Shown here: piece after piece, positions 59,130 through 64,000 of the stretch
Layout: each line of letters starts with the position of its first letter
Numbering within the stretch: the first letter of the stretch is position 1
DNA from: an uncultured Pseudomonadota bacterium
GTDB taxonomy: Bacteria; Pseudomonadota; Gammaproteobacteria; DASZBR01
Length of the DNA: 64,000 nucleotides
Assembly: GCA_963712965.1 (NCBI GenBank)
Contig: CAVQJZ010000001.1
Location: forward strand, 8,966 to 72,965
Direction of reading: 5' to 3'
The notes under the pieces: generated by a model
Seen by the model: only the letters and a program-made list of their open reading frames with translations
What the model was told of the DNA's origin: nothing
Databases searched by the model: none
Program-made: the position numbers and the translations under genes

Positions 59130-59525
59130 ATGAAAAACTTACTCGATACAGCAATAAAAGCACGTGAACAGGCTTACGCACCCTACTCACATTTTCATGT
59201 GGGCTGCGCGATCAAAACATCTGCGGGCAATATTTATAGTGGCTGCAATGTTGAAAATGCGTCTTATAGTTTAACGTTGTGCGCTGAAACATCGGCGATT
59301 GCTAATATGGTGATTGATCACAAACAAGTTATTACTGATGTTGTCATTATTTCTAGCGGCAAAGATATTTGTTCTCCGTGCGGCGCTTGTCGCCAACGCA
59401 TTCGCGAATTCGCCGGGCCCACGGCCAATATTCATATGTATAACCACAAACAAGATTGCATCACAAAAACATTAGAGGAATTATTACCCCTGTCTTTTGG
59501 GCCTGATCATTTGGAGAAATTTTAA
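59130..59525 (+). CDS. cdd: Cytidine deaminase
   Basis: Zinc motifs CAETSAI and CSPCGACRQ, 131 aa. Confidence 0.93.
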   Translation: MKNLLDTAIKAREQAYAPYSHFHVGCAIKTSAGNIYSGCNVENASYSLTLCAETSAIANMVIDHKQVITDVVIISSGKDICSPCGACRQRIREFAGPTANIHMYNHKQDCITKTLEELLPLSFGPDHLEKF

Positions 59526-60344
59526 ATGTTAAAAAGTGTTGAGGTAATTAAAAAACATCGTCCGAATTTTATTCCAACCATTGGTATTATTTTAGGTTCT
59601 GGCCTAGGCAAGCTCGCTGAACAAATCGAAAACCCCACCACGATTTCTTACGCGGATATTCCTGGATTTCCGGTGAGCACTGTTGCAGGACACGCGGGAC
59701 AAATGATTTTAGGTGAATTAGGCAACATGCCTGTAGTTTGCTTAAAAGGTCGTGTGCATGGTTATGAAGGTGCCACGCCTGAAAATTTCAAAACATTTAT
59801 TCGCACCTTAAAATTATTAGGTTGCGAAACATTATTCATTACGAATGCCTCCGGTTCATTGCGTGAAGACGTTGGCCCTGGTGAATTAGTATTAATTAAT
59901 GATCACATGAATTTACAACATCGCAATCCATTAATGGGCCCTAATGATGATGAATTTGGTCCGCGCTTTTTTGCGATGGATAATGCGTATGATCCTATTT
60001 TAAGAAAACGCTTTCTTAAAATTGCGCAAGAATTAAAAATAAACTTAACCGAAGGTGTTTATGTGGGTGTCACAGGCCCAGTATTTGAAACACCCGCTGA
60101 AATCCAAGCGTTTCGTATTTTAGGTGGGCATGTCGTTGGTATGTCGACCGTGCCTGAAGTTATTGTCGCACGTCATTGTGGTTTACGTGTGGCAACCATT
60201 GCGGCCATCACTAATTTTGGCGCGGGTATGCAAGCCGAAAGTTTATCCCATGAAGGCACGTTGCATTACGGTCAATTATCCGCAGAAAAATTAAGCAATC
60301 TTATTGTGCATGTCTTAAAGAGTTTAAAACATGACCCCTGCTGA
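59526..60344 (+). CDS. Purine nucleoside phosphorylase (trimeric PNP/XapA/PunA type)
   Basis: GSGLG..., GRVHGYEG, VVGMSTVPEV. Confidence 0.9.
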   Translation: MLKSVEVIKKHRPNFIPTIGIILGSGLGKLAEQIENPTTISYADIPGFPVSTVAGHAGQMILGELGNMPVVCLKGRVHGYEGATPENFKTFIRTLKLLGCETLFITNASGSLREDVGPGELVLINDHMNLQHRNPLMGPNDDEFGPRFFAMDNAYDPILRKRFLKIAQELKINLTEGVYVGVTGPVFETPAEIQAFRILGGHVVGMSTVPEVIVARHCGLRVATIAAITNFGAGMQAESLSHEGTLHYGQLSAEKLSNLIVHVLKSLKHDPC

Positions 60345-61020
60345 AATAATAACATTCGTTGATTTAACCAGCCTTAATGACAATGATACTGACCAGACAA
60401 TAAAAACACTGTGCAAAAAAGCAAAAACAGATTCAGGCGTGGTCGCGGCGGTTTGTATTTATCCCAAATTTGTTCCATTGGCATGGACACTCTTAGCTGA
60501 CACACCCGTTAAAATTGCAACCGTCGCTAATTTTCCTGGTGGGAAAAATTCGTTGGATCATACGCTACAAGAAATCAAACAAGCCATTTTAGATGGTGCG
60601 AGCGAAATTGATGTAGTGACGCCACATAACGCTGATTTTCTTAAACGCTGCAAAGATTATTGTGGCAATAAAGCATTATTGAAAGTGATTTTAGAAACCG
60701 GCGCGTTAAACTCTGAACAAATTGAACAAGCGTCTATTGAAGCAATTGAAGCTGGCGCTGATTTTCTTAAAACATCAACTGGCAAAATTGCGATCGGCGC
60801 AACAGCAGACGCGGCAGAAATTATGTTACATGTAATTAAAAAATCGGATAGAAAAATTGGTTTTAAAGCATCGGGTGGCATTAAAACGATAGAACAAGCA
60901 CAAACGTATATTGATTTATTTGTTCACACACTGGGGAAAGATGAATTAACCCCAAAACGATTTCGCTTAGGTGCCAGCAGTTTAATTGATCAATTATTAG
61001 GAGCCACAAAACATGCGTAA
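60331..61020 (+). CDS. deoC: Deoxyribose-phosphate aldolase
   Basis: Schiff-base Lys in FLKTSTGK, plus KASGGIKT. Confidence 0.9.
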   Translation: MTPAEIITFVDLTSLNDNDTDQTIKTLCKKAKTDSGVVAAVCIYPKFVPLAWTLLADTPVKIATVANFPGGKNSLDHTLQEIKQAILDGASEIDVVTPHNADFLKRCKDYCGNKALLKVILETGALNSEQIEQASIEAIEAGADFLKTSTGKIAIGATADAAEIMLHVIKKSDRKIGFKASGGIKTIEQAQTYIDLFVHTLGKDELTPKRFRLGASSLIDQLLGATKHA

Positions 61021-61906
61021 AATTCCTCCTGCCGAATTAATTTTAAATGATGATGGCAGCATTTATCATTTGAATTTATTACCTGAAGATGTTGCAGACA
61101 CCATTATTTTAGTCGGCGACCCTGATCGTGTTCCCAAAGTATCAAAACATTTTGATCGCATTGAGTTGAAAAAACAAAAGCGCGAGTTAGTAACGCATAC
61201 AGGCTTTATTGGCAAAAAGCGTATGACTGTTATTTCAACTGGCATGAGCACAGACAATATTGATATCGTGCTGACTGAATTAGACGCGTTAGTCAACATT
61301 GATTTAAAAGAGCGCGTGGTAAAACCGGCTTTAAAAAGCCTGAATTTTGTACGCATTGGCACAGCCGCTTGTTTGCAGCAAGATATTGCGATTGATAGCT
61401 TTATTGTTTCATCACACGGATTAGGTTTGGATGGCTTAGCCAATTTTTACGAAATCGCTTACACCTCTGACGAAAAAGATATTAACAAAACATTTCAGCA
61501 ATATTTTCACGATGAATCAGCAGTACAAAATTGTTACACCGTCAAAGGTGCTATGTCTTTAGTAAATTTATTTAAAAAAGAAATGCGCGCAGGAATTACT
61601 ATCACCGCAGCAGGATTTTATGCGCCCCAAGGACGCATGCTGCGCATGACACCAAAAATTGCGCACTTTGTTGAACGCTTACAAGGATTTCATTGGCACC
61701 ATGAAATGGCGACTAATTTTGAAATGGAAACGGCAGGAATTTATGCTATGGGAAGAATTTTAGGACATGCTTGCTGTTCTTTAAGCGCTATTGTGGCTAA
61801 TCGAATATCCGGCGAATTTAGCACTCAAGCAAATCAAACCGTCGATCGCCTGATTCAATTAACACTGGAAAAATTAAGTGTTGAGCAAACGGCTGAAATC
61901 GCGTAA
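61013..61906 (+). CDS. Nucleoside phosphorylase of the PNP/UDP-1 family (uridine phosphorylase-like)
   Basis: ILVGDPDRV...NFEMETAGIY; last gene of the cdd-PNP-deoC cluster. Confidence 0.8.
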   Translation: MRKIPPAELILNDDGSIYHLNLLPEDVADTIILVGDPDRVPKVSKHFDRIELKKQKRELVTHTGFIGKKRMTVISTGMSTDNIDIVLTELDALVNIDLKERVVKPALKSLNFVRIGTAACLQQDIAIDSFIVSSHGLGLDGLANFYEIAYTSDEKDINKTFQQYFHDESAVQNCYTVKGAMSLVNLFKKEMRAGITITAAGFYAPQGRMLRMTPKIAHFVERLQGFHWHHEMATNFEMETAGIYAMGRILGHACCSLSAIVANRISGEFSTQANQTVDRLIQLTLEKLSVEQTAEIA

Positions 61907-61935
61907 ATTTTCTCGCTTACACGGAGGCAAAGAAA

Positions 61936-62193
61936 ATGGCCGTTGACAGAAATACACATTGGCGTGACACAGCACATCCAGCACGCTTTTTCTTTGTTGA
62001 TGCACGCGCTGCTTTTCCCTTTGTTTTATTGTTGGCACATATTCGTTGGTGGACATTTGGTGTAGCGCTTGCCACTACTATTTTCTTTGCTCTACTCGAA
62101 CGTTATGGTTTTACCGTACCGGTATTTTTGCGTTGGTTACGCAGTTTTTTTGCCGGCCCTTATAAATCTGCTTCGCCTTGGTGGAAAACTTAA
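61936..62193 (+). CDS. icmT: Dot/Icm type IVB secretion protein IcmT
   Basis: 85 aa; HWRDTAHPARFFFVDARAAFPFVLLLAHIRWWTF...LERYGFTVPVFLRWLRSFFAG matches Legionella IcmT as I remember it. GGAGG RBS. Confidence 0.88.
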   Translation: MAVDRNTHWRDTAHPARFFFVDARAAFPFVLLLAHIRWWTFGVALATTIFFALLERYGFTVPVFLRWLRSFFAGPYKSASPWWKT

Positions 62194-62196
62194 TTC

Positions 62197-62535
62197 ATGG
62201 ATGTCATCAAACAAATCCAGCAAATTGCCAAAGCATTTGGCAGCAACTTCACCTTTAATGATCGCGGCATTACCGTCGAAGAAGCCCTCTCAGAAACCGG
62301 TCTATTGCCCGCCATTACTCGTCGTGCAGACCAACTCTGTTCGCTGTGTCTTGGCTATGGCATTGGGGCTTCTTTTGAAGATGCAGATAAATCCATGCTA
62401 GGTGTTAAAGTCAGTTTTGACGATGTCACCCCCAATGTACTGCGGTTTATGTGCATTACCGACGTCATTGCCGAACTCATTAACGCAAGCCCTACTAAAG
62501 GCTCTACGCCTTTGGACGAATTGATGTATGATTAA
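62197..62535 (+). CDS. icmS: Dot/Icm type IVB adaptor/chaperone IcmS
   Basis: ETGLLPAITRRADQLCSLCLGYGIGA...VTPNVLRFMCITDV...TPLDELMYD is nearly identical in pattern to Legionella IcmS. Confidence 0.92.
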   Translation: MDVIKQIQQIAKAFGSNFTFNDRGITVEEALSETGLLPAITRRADQLCSLCLGYGIGASFEDADKSMLGVKVSFDDVTPNVLRFMCITDVIAELINASPTKGSTPLDELMYD

Positions 62536-62568
62536 CAATCAAAAATAAAGTTACAGATACCCCAAAAA

Positions 62569-62602
62569 CTTAAGCATAACTTAAGGTTAGATGGTCTACA
62601 CT
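62569..62602 (+). promoter_or_regulatory. PmrA-type promoter: CTTAAGCAT-AA-CTTAAGGTT-N8-TACACT
   Basis: Lies in the 158-nt icmS / small-ORF spacer, about 90 nt upstream of ATG 62694. Confidence 0.5.
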
Positions 62603-62693
62603 GGAACCGTATATAGAGATTAATTTTAACAACCTCATCACGGATCGATAACGAACAAAGGCATGATGCCAACTAATCGATGAGGATAAGACA

Positions 62694-62879
62694 ATGTTTA
62701 CCCCATATTCAGACGATACACGAGAATTAGGCCGAGTAGAAAAAGCTATGAAACAAATGGCTGACATTACTGGAAATCCACAAGCTATATTTAATACGAA
62801 ATTATTGCATGATGCATCGGATGCGGTGGACAATCTAATGAATACACAACGTTCAACACCTGGTAATAATTTTGGTTAG
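62694..62879 (+). CDS. Small helical protein (61 aa) in the IcmR/FIR position immediately upstream of icmQ
   Basis: GAGGA RBS, 10-nt gap to icmQ. No sequence similarity is expected for FIR proteins, so the call is by position only. Confidence 0.5.
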   Translation: MFTPYSDDTRELGRVEKAMKQMADITGNPQAIFNTKLLHDASDAVDNLMNTQRSTPGNNFG

Positions 62880-62889
62880 ATAACATTCA

Positions 62890-63483
62890 ATGACCTCAAC
62901 GGAAGAAGAGCAGGAAAAACAACTGGAGTTAATTCGCATTGTCGATAAGCTCATCGCTGAAGGACAATGGGAAGGCAGCCTCTTCTTCGAAATCGCCGGA
63001 AAAAAATTACGTGATCTTCGAGATCGTCTAAATAAAAAACTTGAGCTCATGGGCCCAAGCGCTTCTCAAAAAAATTCCACTTTAACTAACAATCAACCTG
63101 CTATTTCACATAGCGGCTTAATTGAAATTTACATTTCTTTATATAACGCCGAAGGCAATAACTTAAAAAAATGGGAAATTATCTTAGCCAGCCTTAATCG
63201 CCAAATTGTTAGCCGACCCATTTATAAAAAAGAAAAAGATATCGCCGATATTATTAAAGCCAAAAACAATACGATGAACGATGGTTATGCCATTGCATAT
63301 GTCAGCGAAACTGACATCATGCGCCCGCAATCTGCGCTAGATAAAATTCCGATTGATCGTTACGGCCATGAATTAATAACATTGAAAGAACATGTATTAA
63401 AACCTGAAAATATCACTAAGTTTGTGCATGTTACGGGCGAGTATAGTTTTCAACACGGTGTGTTAAGAAAATTGGGCAATTGA
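62890..63483 (+). CDS. icmQ: Dot/Icm type IVB secretion protein IcmQ
   Basis: 197 aa. N-terminal LIAEGQWEGSLFFEIAGKKLRDLRDRL resembles the Legionella IcmQ N-domain as recalled. Position after icmT-icmS. Confidence 0.78.
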   Translation: MTSTEEEQEKQLELIRIVDKLIAEGQWEGSLFFEIAGKKLRDLRDRLNKKLELMGPSASQKNSTLTNNQPAISHSGLIEIYISLYNAEGNNLKKWEIILASLNRQIVSRPIYKKEKDIADIIKAKNNTMNDGYAIAYVSETDIMRPQSALDKIPIDRYGHELITLKEHVLKPENITKFVHVTGEYSFQHGVLRKLGN

Positions 63484-64000
63484 CAATCCCAAAATAAACA
63501 TTGCCGCTACTATAACAACACTCAATAAATATTTTCCACCGATTACTTCATAACCTTTTGCAATTTTTAATTTATAGCGTCCACGCCACGCCATTAATGC
63601 TGGCAACAACATCAGTAACACGACACAACAAATACCGGCATAACTCAAGCCTTTAATAAACGCGCCAGGATAAAATAAAATAATAGCTAGTGGTGGAACA
63701 AATGCTAATCCGTAAACAGTAATAGCACCCTTTCCTCTTTTTTCAATGCTAAACCCATCAGCAAGAAAATCAGTTAATCCGATCGATACACCCAAAAAAG
63801 ATGTCGCGACACAAATCGACGTAAAAAGATGCGCAAAACTCGTTACCCAAGAATTATGTAAAAAATAATTTAAGGCATTCACTAAATCCGTGGTTGAGCT
63901 TTTGGAAAAAAACATTTGTTCTAAACCGTGCGCGCCTGCTCTTGGCACACTGCCCATAATGGAAAAATTCCACAGTAAATAACAAAACAAAGGGATAAAA
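63463..64000 (-). CDS. Aromatic amino acid (tyrosine/tryptophan-type, HAAAP family) transporter, C-terminal part (gene runs off the right edge)
   Basis: TM-rich ...SFLGVSIGLTDFLADGF...GLAFVPPLAIILFYPGAF... typical of TyrP/Mtr. The frame stays open to the window edge (the track Met is a TTG). Convergent 21-nt overlap with icmQ. Confidence 0.75.
   Translation of the reverse strand, partial: FIPLFCYLLWNFSIMGSVPRAGAHGLEQMFFSKSSTTDLVNALNYFLHNSWVTSFAHLFTSICVATSFLGVSIGLTDFLADGFSIEKRGKGAITVYGLAFVPPLAIILFYPGAFIKGLSYAGICCVVLLMLLPALMAWRGRYKLKIAKGYEVIGGKYLLSVVIVAAMFILGLSIAQFS

Noticed and set aside
62570-62833. The 87-aa minus-strand ORF overlapping the FIR-position ORF.
   Set aside because: It is antisense to an ORF that has an RBS, a promoter-like box and operon context with icmQ. 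It has no RBS of its own and would be transcribed into icmS.

Overview
Gene-dense, AT-rich chromosomal window from a Legionellales-type gamma-proteobacterium. The assignment rests on recognisable Dot/Icm type IVB secretion genes icmT, icmS and icmQ at 61.9-63.5 kb. Most of the window is housekeeping backbone: rlmN-ndk; obgE-rpmA-rplU; putA; rlmH; der; potABC; gmhA-pmbA; the envelope cluster tsaB-uppS-cdsA-bamA-skp-lpxD-fabZ/lpxA-lpxB...rnhB; a PmrAB/QseBC-like two-component system; lolC-lolD-arnC-arnD; hemW; hemY-hemX-hemD; rpmG-rpmB; dut; a PMM/PGM; xthA; rho; and a cdd-PNP-deoC-udp nucleoside operon. Wedged into this backbone are about ten AT-rich orphan genes with no bacterial housekeeping counterpart that I can recognise. 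They include a eukaryotic-like protein kinase, a 754-aa ankyrin-repeat protein, and a lipoprotein carrying two cyanovirin-N-like (CVNH) half-repeats. Four intergenic sites share a PmrA-type promoter architecture: tandem 9-bp direct repeats on an 11-bp period, then 7-8 bp, then TAnACT. Three sit in front of orphan genes and one in front of the icmQ operon, which suggests a local Dot/Icm effector regulon. Other notable points are an in-frame FabZ-LpxA fusion ORF, a three-gene insertion that breaks lpxB-rnhB synteny, an isolated icmT-icmS-(FIR-like)-icmQ mini-cluster, and several families of nested palindromic MITE/REP-like elements with GTCAT termini. Those elements create spurious ORFs and false N-terminal extensions. 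I saw no rRNA, tRNA, CRISPR array, transposase, integrase or prophage genes. All functional calls come from reading the translated ORFs and motifs by eye; no database search was possible.
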